A stretch of 63,499 nucleotides of DNA, the filler included, from Bigelowiella natans CCMP2755 (Eukaryota > Protista > Cercozoa), in assembly GCA_000320545.1 (NCBI GenBank). It is 6 parts of 6 records of this genome, joined end to end, with 100 filler letters (N's around TTAATTAATTAA, not from the genome) between each part and the next. Parts side by side here need not be neighbours in the genome. Positions count along the whole stretch, not along the records: positions 1 to 10,586 come from ADNK01003058.1; positions 10,687 to 19,538 come from ADNK01001885.1; 4 more parts are not named here. One strand, written 5' to 3'. The translations under genes and the position numbers were made by a program. Below the pieces are notes generated by a model, which saw only the letters and a program-made list of their open reading frames with translations, was not told where the DNA came from and ran no database searches. Numbering within the stretch: the first letter of the stretch is position 1; each line of letters begins with the position of its first letter. Of this stretch, positions 1 to 12,568 are shown piece by piece.

Positions 1-1320
1 GGTGTGATATAGCCCTGCACAGAGTGAAGTGGGGTTAGAAAAACAGCGACAGTAGTGTACTGATATTATTGCGTCTCTCCCATTTCTCACAATTCACCGC
101 TACTCTCCTCATTGTCATCAGTATCATCATCATCATCATCAACAACAACATCATACAACACCGAAAATATGATTACCAGCTCGGTTGTGTGATGGAAGAG
201 AGCATCTTCGCGTGCATGTCCTTGCACCTAGACAGTAAATGCAGGATGGCCTGCTTTCAGCTGCTGTTTTTTACCCGATATTTTTGGTTCTCATCCTCGA
301 ACAAAAAAAGGAAAAACCGACGCGATGAATACAAATTGAAATTGAAATTATAAATACGAATAATATTCATCGTTCTCTCGTCTGCAACCGGGTCAGATAG
401 TCATGAATGGCCTTGAGCTGCGTCTCCATAGCGCGTATCCCTTTCATGTGCTGATTTGCCTGGAATGCAAAGGAGGCGGGGGGGGCGATGAGAAAGAGGA
501 GAAGCTATATCAATAACCGCACAATAAGTGAGCTCAAAGCCGTTTACCTGTATCGACAGGGTCCTTTCTTGTCGTCGGAGCTGCAAAGAGAGAAGGACGT
601 TATGAGGTACTCGCTGTGACACAAATCGCACCGCTCTCCTATTCCCCTCCCCAAGACAACCATCAAGCATTCCTTTTATTTTCCTCATAATTAGAATGGC
701 ATCCGCCAACCACCACACACCCCATTAACACCGAACAACAAACACAATCATCACCTGCGTGTGCAGCTGCGTGTACTTCTCAATCATCTGCTTGAGCTCC
801 TCCAAGACGCCATCCCTCTTCTGCAAGCCAATCAGTCATGAAATGCCATGCAACGAAACGGTGTGCAATCAGTGCATCAGACATCATAGCATGGTGTAAT
901 CCACCGCGCCCCCCCTCCTCTCTGAACTATTTCACCTCGTACGATAGTTTCACCACAATAGGTTTCAGGAAAAAGTGAAAAACAAACAAACAAGAGCCGC
1001 GGATAGATGGGGTCCAAGCAGGAGCGAAGAACACGCACGGATCCCATCAAGACTTTGAGAATGTACTGATAACGTAGCTTCCACTCGATGATTGGGTAGA
1101 TATTGACCTCTTTTGTTTCCGCAAGTTGCTTGTCCAGCGCCGTCTCCGTAGCGTTTCTTTTTATGTGTCGAGAGCAGGGTTAGTTATTGACGGGGCAGGC
1201 GGCAATTAACACTTGCTCGAAGATACTATTTCTTTTCGGAGACAGCGCTCTTCCTATTGTAACTACTCTAGTTTTTCTAAAAAAACTGATTTGTTGTAAA
1301 CTACTTCTTTCCGTCGCCAT
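1..1320 (-). CDS. Hypothetical multi-exon coiled-coil protein, 5' part; continues off the left edge
   Basis: GT-AG-bounded minus-strand exons read ...KRDGVLEELKQMIEKYTQLHTQ | LRRQERTLSIQ | ANQHMKGIRAMETQLKAIHDYL... and ETALDKQLAETKEVNIYPIIEWKLRYQYILKVLMGS. Candidate ATG at 1320. No family recognised. Confidence 0.5.
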
Positions 1321-2243
1321 CACTAGGGTGAGAATTCTGCTCCCCTGGCGTGCGCGGGTCTTTCATCTAAGCCGGGATCTTCTCCCGCCGCGCTTTCCTC
1401 CCCAAATGCTCCTTTCTTGATCCTCCTCTCCGCTCTCCCTCTGCGGTATCACACCACAGATAACTGTTCCAGAACGAGCTGGGGAGGGAGACTGCTCGTG
1501 GTCCTCTTCGATTTGTTGGATAAAACTGCTCACATGTAAGGAAAAATGATAAAAATGCATGTCATTTTACCCGATAATTACTAAGGGAGTTTTTACTTCT
1601 ACGACAAAGAAATGTGGGGAGAAACTAGGATCAAACCCAAGAGATTTTAAGAACAGCCTGCTTTTACCCACATTTTCATGGGCGACTTAAGAATATCTGT
1701 GCATCATCTAGTCATGACGTAAACGAATAATGTCTTGATTTAGACAAATATTGTACGATACTTTTAGTGTCATGATTGAGCACATACATTCATCTACGGT
1801 TATCTGCAGTGATCTACAGGTGTTTTTTTAGTTTGAAATTATTTCGATTTTATCTTGGTAGTTATCTTGTCATTTTGTATTCTGTTTTATTTTTTGAACC
1901 CACGCGCTCTTGAGAGTAGCTTCTGTAAACTTCGCCTCTTCTGCAGGTTGCAATTCCGATGATCACTGATCGGAAAATCGAGATAGGAAACGGCGAGAAT
2001 GTTTTTCTGCGACATTAAAACGATATTGTCGTACGATTAAAATTGCATGAATTTTTTCCTAGAATGATGATTTTGTAACGTCAACAGATTAACTTCTCTC
2101 CTTTTTTCTAGCTCGCCCCCCCTGCAACTGGAGCTGGATACAGAACCTTCGACGACGCCCTGATTGGGGGTTCCATCTCTGATCCCCACTTTCATCAAAA
2201 CGGTCATAGGGTTTGGTGATTCGTGAATCACAAGATTTCTGGG

Positions 2244-3384
2244 ATGATAGGTTACGGGGGAACATACGCACAAATTCCTCTCCTTCTCCTCCTGTGTGCA
2301 TGCACGACGGTCCCTACCGTCCTCGCGCGGGGACATGGGTACTTCAACGGCATCCACGAAAAGACAACTGAAAAGGTGCGAAAGATAGGGGTAGAATCTA
2401 CGGTGGGAAAGGCCATTTGGGGATAGATGCTAGTCTCCCATAACCGTCCTTACCCCTCTCTTGTTGGCTGTGCAGGTTCACGGCGAGTTGCTGTCACGTG
2501 AGATCCGACTCCGCAATCGCCACGTGAAGGTGGAATTATAGAGAATTCTAAACACCTGATTTCCCCCTAATCCAATCGATATTCTCTAAATGATCTTCAG
2601 CTCGTCTGGGACCAGGAGAAAGCATGGTATTATCACGCCAACAACCTGTATCGAAGCTACAACATTTCCCTTCCTTTTTTGGTTTTCATAAAACTACGAA
2701 GATAGGAGGAAAGGATGCAAGAATGCACAATTTCACAAAGCCCTGAATGATAACAGGAGAGCCGATGGTGAATCAGAAGCGCGACTCGATCATGAGCTGG
2801 AGAGGATCCAAGCTTCTTTAAACGACAAAGACGGCTTCGCTACTGGACTTTGGATATTGGCGCTTAAAGGGCCCATTACGCACAAGTTAAAGGAACGAAT
2901 AGAGGAGTGCCTGCCACCTGCGATTCGATTAGGTAATATAGCATACCAACACACCAACACGCATTAAAGGACAGATATTGCATATTTCAGATGAACATGC
3001 ACATGAAACACCGAATCATCAAGAGAAGGAGAATAGGAGGGTTGTTTGACCAGACGATTTGTGATCTAGGCTCGTACATCCCCGATAATAGCTATGCGGT
3101 GTATGCACCGGCGACAAGAGACTTTCGCCGTACTTTGCTCAGATGTCCTGGTACTCCTCCTCCCCCCCCCTCTGATCGAATTGCGTATGCACCGTAAATG
3201 TATGGAGGGGTTTGCTTTGGATTTATTTGGAATGTTGTGTATAGGTGCCATATATGCAACACTGCTTCTGCCAGAGGTTCGCTGTTTTTTAAAATGGTGT
3301 CGCATTTCATCACAATAGCCGTCATTGTGAGTGGTGCGCGCCTTGCTGTACTTCGTCAAAAACCTCTACACCACACACACACAC

Positions 3385-3424
<40 letters not shown>

Positions 3425-3950
3425 TTATTGAAACTAAAACCTTTGACGGGAAAAGCCTCCACGACATCAATCGCTCAATAAATAATAAGGACAAATTCGA
3501 TGGCGACTCCGCCAAGGCATTGGTCAAAGCAGCCCATGGCCACGCTCCTATCGGCTTATTCTTCTACATCCACGGTAGTTTGCAGTGAGTCGCAATTGCA
3601 CATGAAGGAAGCTGTAGCGTCCAGCTACTAGCATCTTTTCAACAAGCAAAGGGACCATATCATAGTCATTGGGCGATCAATGATTATAGATGTGATAACC
3701 ACACAGTGCGAGTGAATGATGCTGTTGTTAGTGTCCGTCCTACGCGTGAATGCCTGCTTTTATCACAGATACCATCGAGGAGAAGGAGAGAGCAGCCTTG
3801 GAGGGCGCGGTGCGTAACAGCTTAGAAGCCCTGTGCGGTAATGACAAAACGGGGATGTGTCAGCAAGCGTCTGCGTTAGAAAAGGTGCCCTCTCGTCTGT
3901 GAGTGTATTATGTAATATCGATATAGCAATATATCAATGTATTGATATGC

Positions 3951-3988
<38 letters not shown>

Positions 3989-4669
3989 GCATTTTAAATC
4001 ATTTAAAATGTAGTTATTTGCATAAACTTGACGTTGGACGCATGGTATTAGGTGAACGAGGAGTTATACTACATCGAAGCAGTCGAGAGCACCGCACACC
4101 TCCTAGCCGATATCGTATTGCTGCTGGCCAATTACCCGCAGATAACACACATCGAGCCAAGGTATTTGTAGTTCTAACTGAAGTGCATCTTTGCTGAGAT
4201 CCGCCCTTGCATCGCCACATTCCAATGCAAAGTGTGCTGCTATGTGTCGTAGGCGTCAGGTGAAGTCGCGCAATTTCTGGGCGCGTTCGGTTGTGCAAAC
4301 AGGAGAGGTTCGTGCAGTGTCGCATACCGCTAATTGCGCTTCCCCCCCCCCTCTCGAAGCCACAAACGGCAGCATGCCGCCCCGCTCAATGCGCGCCGGT
4401 GTGAGAAATTGGAGGCGATTTTCGTGAAAATGATTGAAAATTTCAAAAATTCAAAAAAAATAAGAAGTCGGAGCTCACCGCTCATCGCAAGATACTTCTA
4501 AATGCCTTCACCGTGACTGCATGATCCTGGTTGTTGTTCGCCTCGTAGGAGGAGCGGAATTACTACTGGGAGAATGGCCTCTATGGGGAGGGGCAAGTCA
4601 TTGGCTTGAGCGACACAGGGGTAGTAGTAGGTTTTTAGTGCTAATCCTTTTCATTTTCCTCGCTCTCTT

Positions 4670-4733
<64 letters not shown>

Positions 4734-5124
4734 TACGTGCGTGCGCGCTCTCTTTCTAAACACGATATAGCCCCCCTTCTCCCTCCCCCCCCCCCCTCAC
4801 TCTAAAGATGCTCTCTCTCTCTCTCCCGTCGTGGTACTCGTTGCTCCTCTCGACGATATGTCATCATGCCTTATCAGATCGATCACGATCACTGTTTCTT
4901 CTACGATGGCAGCACGCCTACCCCCCTCAATAAAGTCGACATGGGGCACAGAAAAGTAAACCTGACAAAGCCGCCGAGGTCGTCGTCGTAGCTCTTGAGG
5001 GAAACTGATCACACACACTGTTTTTCAGATCGTGTACTACAAGACTTTTAGGGACGGGGAAGATCATAAAGGAGGTAGTGCGAGAGAGTAGCTAGCATGC
5101 AAGTTATCCAAACAGCACCACTTC

Positions 5125-5167
<43 letters not shown>

Positions 5168-5593
5168 GTACATATATATAATATTATATAGTATCTCTTC
5201 TCCCACCCCCCTTCCCCTCTCTCTCTCTCCCTCTCTTCCTTTATCTCTATTTGGAAACACATTACTATTGTATTCATATTCTTCTTGAATTGATATTTCA
5301 TAAAGGCCACGGAACACCGATTGCAGGGTCACTAGCGGGAAAGGCCATCTGCCCTGCCACCACGCAGGTTATTCTAATCCTTTGTGAAACACCAAGCATG
5401 AAACACTCTCATGTGCCCATGCGATATGAAGATACATCATGAGTGTCCCCAAATGCATCAAATTCTGTGAGGGAGAGAGAAGCTTCTTGGCCATATTATG
5501 ACGATACAAGACCGTAGGCTACTTCTTATCGCAGCATTCATATTTGTATCCGTGCGTGTATACACGCACACATATATAATAGTGCAAATATAT

Positions 5594-5634
<41 letters not shown>

Positions 5635-5831
5635 ATATGTGTGTATATACTTGTCAGGGTACTTTCGAATGTGAGGGAATGCAACGAATGAACGGAATGG
5701 CGTCGGAAGCCAAAATCGCTTTTATTGACTTACAGGTAGGCGTTCTTACAACACAGCGGTGAGAAGGGGGGGATATAGAGGGGGGGAAGGTGGTTTTGAT
5801 TCCTCTGTTGTTGGGTATGAAGATATAGGTG

Positions 5832-5888
<57 letters not shown>

Positions 5889-6127
5889 TTTAATGTTGTT
5901 GCCGGCTTGGAAAATATATCTTAAAATCAGTCCAAAACGGACAAAGAACTAGTTCTCCCCAAGGACATGTATAAGGTGCTGCTGGTGCTATTAATGCTGC
6001 TGCTACTACAGCTGCTGCTCGAAGAAAGAATATAGACGATTTACTATGAACAGTTGTGCAGTTCTCACCGCACTGGAAGCCAGTTTTGGCGAGCATTTTC
6101 ATACCTTTTGGAGAATCATATTTAAAA

Positions 6128-6158
<31 letters not shown>

Positions 6159-6252
6159 TTAATATATACTAAATGGCAAAAGGATAACGCCTCAGTACAG
6201 CATCGTTGGGGCTGAATACACACATATGCTATATTTTCGATCTTACATGATC

Positions 6253-6295
<43 letters not shown>

Positions 6296-6759
6296 TAAGG
6301 ACGTTTACAAAGACCTATACACAAAGACGGGAGCTCGTATTCACAGCGGATCTTGGGGTGGGGTGCAACCAGCATACTATCTTGCTGCTTCATTTCCTCC
6401 TTGTCGCTCTTTAACTCTTCTCTACACGCTCTTTCCCTCCCACACCCAGAACTCCAATTCAACCCCCCCCCCCCCCCCCCTCCCCATTCCCTTTTCCTTT
6501 TGAAAAATATGTGACTTGGGATATGTAAGAGCCAATGCGCTGCGATGGCATGTATCACCGACCCGCAACTGTCGCTCATAACCGTCAAAGCCTCAGTCGC
6601 ACCTCGCTTTCGCACTGTGAATAAAACCATCAGGAAATCCTGCCATCCATGGCTACGACACAACGGCCTACCAGCTCGATAAGTTTGCCTACGACAACCT
6701 AGACTTTGTCCATATCGTGGCGGCAGGTCGGTTGTTCAGCTGATCGAAAAGAGCCAAGA

Positions 6760-6806
<47 letters not shown>

Positions 6807-7758
6807 GGAAGGTATTAATGAGCTGTTTTTGTTGCGACGATAACTTGCTGCTACTCCGACGGTCTTTTACATAGGCAATGGAGGCGAAAAGGGCTTTGAG
6901 ACCCTCGACTCGCCAGGAATCGCAAAGAACGCTATCACTGTGCGTGTCACCAGTTTTTCTAGAGATGGGAATCGCGCGCCGCAGCGCCTTTGCCTCGTAT
7001 ACTTTGACGGCAGTTGGCATTACTCTGAATATGCGGGTCTTGTGTGATGGTGTAGGTCGGATCGTGCCGCTCTTTCGAGTCGTCGTTTCACTACGTAAGG
7101 ACTCAACGAATCACGTGGTTTTCATTGTCCTTTGAGAAATGTCGGATATCATGAGAAAAAGAGCAGTTACAAGTCTATACTATGCTTATCATCCGGGCAG
7201 CCACTGTTCAAAATCGGAGGCTCTCTGTATTCGATCGAGGATGACATCGGAGGGAGGGGGGGGGGGGAGGATGGAGAAAGGAAAAACGCCGTTTTTGTTG
7301 TTAAAACAACACCGTAAAAAAAATAATGTGAGATGTGTTATAAATGATATATTTACAATTCGCTGCTGCTGTATTACAGGTCGGCTTGGGCCTTGGTTAC
7401 GATGTAACAAACCCTCCCAACGTCCGAGGGGTGAGAGACGATGATGACGACGATAATCATTGCGACAGCAGTCATCTTATCAAAGCGAGAGAGCGATGTT
7501 TGTTTTTTCAAAACACCCTTATAAAACATAGCTTTGAAAGGAAGAACATCAGACATCAACGTGCTTTGCGTGACGATAAGCGGCTACACAGCAAGCATTC
7601 TTCCCCTTGTCTTTGCAGGGCTTAATTTGCTCGGATTTGTTTGTTTTTCTTCTGCTAGATATACATCACGTCGCCCGCGAAGATCGGGGACTACTTCGGC
7701 CAGATTGTGCTAGAATCAGAGGTGTTTCTCGCCCATCTCTATCATCAATAATAACTGC

Positions 7759-7813
<55 letters not shown>

Positions 7814-8546
7814 TATGTGTGTGTGCGTGTGTGTGCGTGTGTGTGCGTGTGTGCGTGTGTTGGTTTGTGTTTGTGTGTACTGGTTTGACTTCGATGTATC
7901 AAAATCTTACTCCGAAATGAGTTGGATCGGATATTTATCAAACTATATTTTCATTGATGCAAATGAATTTTCCGCCAATTCGTAGGTTGTGTGGGCAGAG
8001 CCGCAGATGGCCTGCTCCCCCCTTACAAACGCTGACCAAGCGAGAGGAAAAATCATCTTTGTAAGAAGAGGTGAGAGCTGTGCGGATATGATGATATCCG
8101 TTGTTGCTTTGTGTATGGTTTTGATGGAAATGATGATGATGATTATGAATCACAACGCGGCAGTTGAGCTCGCCATTTATGCTTGTGCACGCGCACACAA
8201 AAACACAATACCGTAGTCGAATGGATGGGAATCTGCATTGCGCCCCAGACGCAATAATCTTGGCTGGTACTTATCTACTACAATATGACATATTCCATAT
8301 TTTTTTGCTCCTCCCCCCCCCCCCCCCACCCAGGCCAGTGTGAGTTTGATGTGAAAGCCGTACATGTTACTGCGGCAGGGGGGAGAATAATGCTCATCGT
8401 TAATAATAAGGTAATGCACACAATTCTTGCATTGATTTCTTCCTTGAGCAATATGGCCTCCGATCCGATGCAAGCCTGCTTTCGTACACATATTGCGAAT
8501 AAGATTTTTTTTTTAAACTTTTAAAAATAATACACTCACATCAGCA

Positions 8547-8612
<66 letters not shown>

Positions 8613-8970
8613 AACGCGCGCACTCAAGCACAGAAAGTTGTTTTCCACCGCGCAAAAGAAGTTGATTTATCATCATACTATTGACGGCGTACGTGTGTTT
8701 TGAAGCCTGGGGATCCGGTCGTTGCCTCTGGCGATGGCTTCTACAACATCAGCGTTGCTATGATACGGCAAGATGTGAGTACTTCAACCATACACAGCTT
8801 CACATATCAGCCGCATGCTAGGCAATACCTGTGTGAAAAGAGAGGCAGCTTTCTTACGGAAGTGAAACTAGTTTTCACTCGCCAACCCTTCCTCCCCCCC
8901 CTAACTCTCTTCCTCTGAGAAACCCACAGCTGGGATTGATGGAGATGACGGGAGGGGAGAGGGAGGAGGG

Positions 8971-9006
<36 letters not shown>

Positions 9007-10540
9007 GAGCGCATGCGCATACATTGAGTATTTGCGGGGTCTTTTTTTGAACAAATCACCCCCCGGAATCAGGACGGGGAGCTGCTCTCCCAATACATCG
9101 GAAAGGGCCTTCGCATCAAGTTCCCAGCGGACGATATGGCGCCCTTGAATCTGCTGTACAGCGACGCTTTCATGTCTAACTTCAGTTCCAAAGGTATTGT
9201 GTGCGGCCGTTGGAGGCGAGCGTGCATGCTGCGTGCGTGTTTGCGCTCTGTATTATGGGGGGGGGGGTATTACAATATAATATAATGTGTATAATTAATA
9301 AGGCAATTATTTATATCAATGATACATCATCAAAATCATCATCAAAATCATCATCCCAGGGCCGACAAGAGACGGCAGAATAAAGCCGGATATTGTGGTA
9401 CTTTTTACCTTCCTATGAACGCATCCTTGACAAACGACAAACAAATTCGTGCTAACTACGATGGCGAACAGTTTATGATTTTTTTTTGCAATGCCCCCTC
9501 CTCTCCCTCCCCCCCCCCTCCCCTTATTAAGGCTCCCGGAGAATATATAACCAGCTCGGAGAGCGACGGGAACACAGAAAGTATGTGGAGCGCATCTTAT
9601 ATATTGGCATGTGACTAGTTATCTGCTTTTGGATTTGAAAAAATGAAACTGCAATTCTGGAGGATAGCGGGCCTCCCCCTCCACCTCCTCCGCCGCCTCC
9701 TCCGCCGCTTCCTCCTCATCATCATCCTCATCGTGGTGGGTGGAGATCAACACTGCTCTGCTCTTACTTGCACGTATACATCGTATCGCATCAGCATACC
9801 AGTGTCATGAATTCAACGGACTAGTCTCTATGGTGGGGACCTCGTTGGCCACTCCTCAGGTGATTGCTGTGCTGCATGCGTGTTTTTCTCCAACGCATGT
9901 GCGTATGTGTGTACGCGCGCGCGCGAGTGTGGATGTTCCATTCTGCAGCACTCGATGGTAAAAGGAATCGGGTTTCAGAGCCGTTGTCAGCATGTGCTGT
10001 GACGCGTTGTAGAAAATATATGCCTATCATAAGAGCAGGGTTCCGAAGTGTGTGCGGCACCGACATGTTGTGTTGGGTAGGTTTCAGCGGCGGTAGCTCT
10101 GATTCGAGAGTACTTCATGAAAGGTGTGAATGTGTGTGTGTGTGTGTGTGGATGTGAGAGAGAGAGAGAGAGTGGATTTTGATGAGGATGGTGATGATGA
10201 TGATGACGAGGACGATGATGATGATGGCAGAGGCGACTGAAAGGAAGCGCTGTTGGATTTTGTACTATACACGCACGCAGAAATCCGAAGCATACACAGA
10301 TGCACAAACACACTCACACAAACACACATACACGCGCGCGCGGGCAAATCGGTCATCAACCAACCGATTTTCTCTAACGAGTCCACATTGCGCGTATCCC
10401 TCCTCTCTGTATGATGACCACACCTCGCCGACGTACGTACTACCTCTCATCAGGATGGTACCCTGAAGGGAAACCCAGGCACAACAAAAAGCATATACCC
10501 TCTGCAGCTCTTATAAAGGCGATGATCGCAACATCAGGGG
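2244..10540 (+). CDS. Secreted subtilisin-like serine protease (peptidase S8, Kp43/TagC-like) with inserted PA domain; about 25 exons; 3' end lost at spacer
   Basis: Signal peptide MIGYGGTYAQIPLLLLLCACTTVPTVLA; prodomain GSYIPDNSYAVYA. Catalytic Asp in GEGQVIGLSDTG (GAC 4612), then HRKIVYY, catalytic His in GHGTPIAGSLAG (CAC 5308), GMASEAKIAFIDL, GARIHSGSWG, oxyanion AAGNGG, SPGIAKNAITV. PA segment ACSPLTNADQARGKIIFVRRGQCEFDVKA. Then [26 protein letters not shown], catalytic Ser in GTSLATPQ (TCG 9842), VALIREYFMKGWYP and PSAALIKAM. Confidence 0.93.
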
Positions 10541-10586
10541 TAGCTTACTTTTCCAGCTGCTTCCATCACTCCGTTCTCCATTCTCT

Positions 10587-10686
10587 NNNNNNNNNNNNNN
10601 NNNNNNNNNNNNNNNNNNNNNNNNNNNNNNTTAATTAATTAANNNNNNNNNNNNNNNNNNNNNNNNNNNNNNNNNNNNNNNNNNNN
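10587..10686. other. Assembly spacer (N44-TTAATTAATTAA-N44)
   Basis: Fixed 100-nt N block containing a six-frame stop linker; identical at five places. Confidence 0.99.
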
Positions 10687-10692
10687 ACACAC

Positions 10693-10851
10693 CCATGTGA
10701 CACACATATCACTGGTAGAGTATCTATCTCTCTGAATGGTTGCGAGGCCTTAGTTTCTTTCTGTTTCTCCTCAACGTCTTCTTCGCACTGGGTTTTATGG
10801 TATGGTGACAAATAAAGAACACACAGATATATACATCGCACACTCGCGGAG

Positions 10852-10924
<73 letters not shown>

Positions 10925-11086
10925 TTTCTCCTCGAGTGTGCAATGGATATATCTGTATGTTCTTTAATTGTCACCATACCATAAAACCCAGTGCCAAGAA
11001 GACGTTGAGGAGAAACAGGAAGAAACTAAGGCCTCGGAACCATTCAGGAAGATAGATAATCTACCAGTAATAAGTAAGTCACATGG
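10693..11086. repeat. Imperfect ~160-bp inverted repeat (arms 10693-10852 and 10927-11086) around a (CA)n/(TA)n loop; probably a fold-back artefact
   Basis: The left arm is the reverse complement of the right arm with scattered mismatches, and it sits at a contig end. Confidence 0.9.
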
Positions 11087-12534
11087 TTAAGTTAATTTCC
11101 TTTCTTCTTCTATCATCACATTCCTTGCTGCTGCTCCTCATCTACAAGGTCTAACCTTTACTGTTGCTTTGCAATCTCCTTGACTATCAGCTTGATAACC
11201 CTCCTCTATTAGTGTAAAAGTATCTTCGATGAGCAGCATGTTTTAGATTGGGAGGGGATGGGGCCAAAAAGAATCAGTTGTTACAAACCGCAAGTTCTTT
11301 CAGTGACACGAAGCAAGATAGGAGAATTTGGAATCTGCCAAGAACAAAACAATGGAGAAACTTGATAATATATCTATCATCGATGGATAGGCCTGGACGC
11401 TTACCTGAGTCCCTGCAATGGATAACTCAAGAACGTTGTCTCCCATCTCAGGCTGTGAAGCAAACAAACACCAAATGACTATTCTGAACATAAATATACT
11501 GAAATTGTTTTATCAGCCTCTTACCGTGGCAAGCGTGAGATTGTATTGATTATTTATCGGAACAATGGTGCCTTCTTTTGGGTGGGTGTCATAAACTATG
11601 TGCCCTCTTGCCTAAAAATCAAGTTTCTACTACTTCAGGAATCAAAGTAAAGAACAAATGCGAATATCCTACATACCACGTGCAACTTATACGTCAAATT
11701 CTGATTTCGTTCCTAATACAACATAACATGATTTTATTTGAATCGCTGAGACATAAGGAAAGCCATGTTCTCCCACCAAGTTGTCAGTAATGAAGAGATT
11801 GGTCTTAGCCAGCTGTTCGGAACTGCGGGACACAGAAATGCCAGAGTGTAAACAGAAATACATGGGGAATGAATATCAACTGGAAACCTTGCGCAAATCC
11901 CCATCTTCTGGCATGAGAAGGAGCGGTTTCCTTCATGTACAACTTCGACCTTTCAACCACAAACAGTATATATCACTATCATCCAGATACAGCAACGATA
12001 CGTTTTATTAGCTGTTCTTCTCAGCTTCTCTCAGCGGAGAAACTTTGGAAAATAACTTTTACGTTCGCTCAGCAGCAGCTACCTCATCTGCCTTTCGGCA
12101 TGGGCGGCACAAACACTTGTATCCAGAGGGACACTGGTATTCGCTACCCAAAAGCCCGCATTGAGCGTCTACGACCTGAAATGATAAGTGATTGCACATA
12201 CACGTCGTCCTCAATGTGGCGCAGCCGATCATCTCGCTTCGTTTTGAACGGGCAACAACGACTTACGTCTCGTTTGAGTTTGTAGTATCCAGATGGACAG
12301 ATTATGGCCTCGTACAAGTCATCGGATCTCATGCACCTACGAGTAATGGACGTCACGACTGTTTCAGACAGAACAATATCGAAGCTTGTTGGTCTCTTAC
12401 TTCCATTTGTTGCTCGTAGAATTGAATTGGATCCACCTGTATTGTTATTATTATCACAAGGATGTTATTTATCGTCTGTTATGTGCAGTCTCTCCTTATT
12501 CTTGTCTTAGTTTCATCATCATATATATTATGTG

Positions 12535-12568
<34 letters not shown>

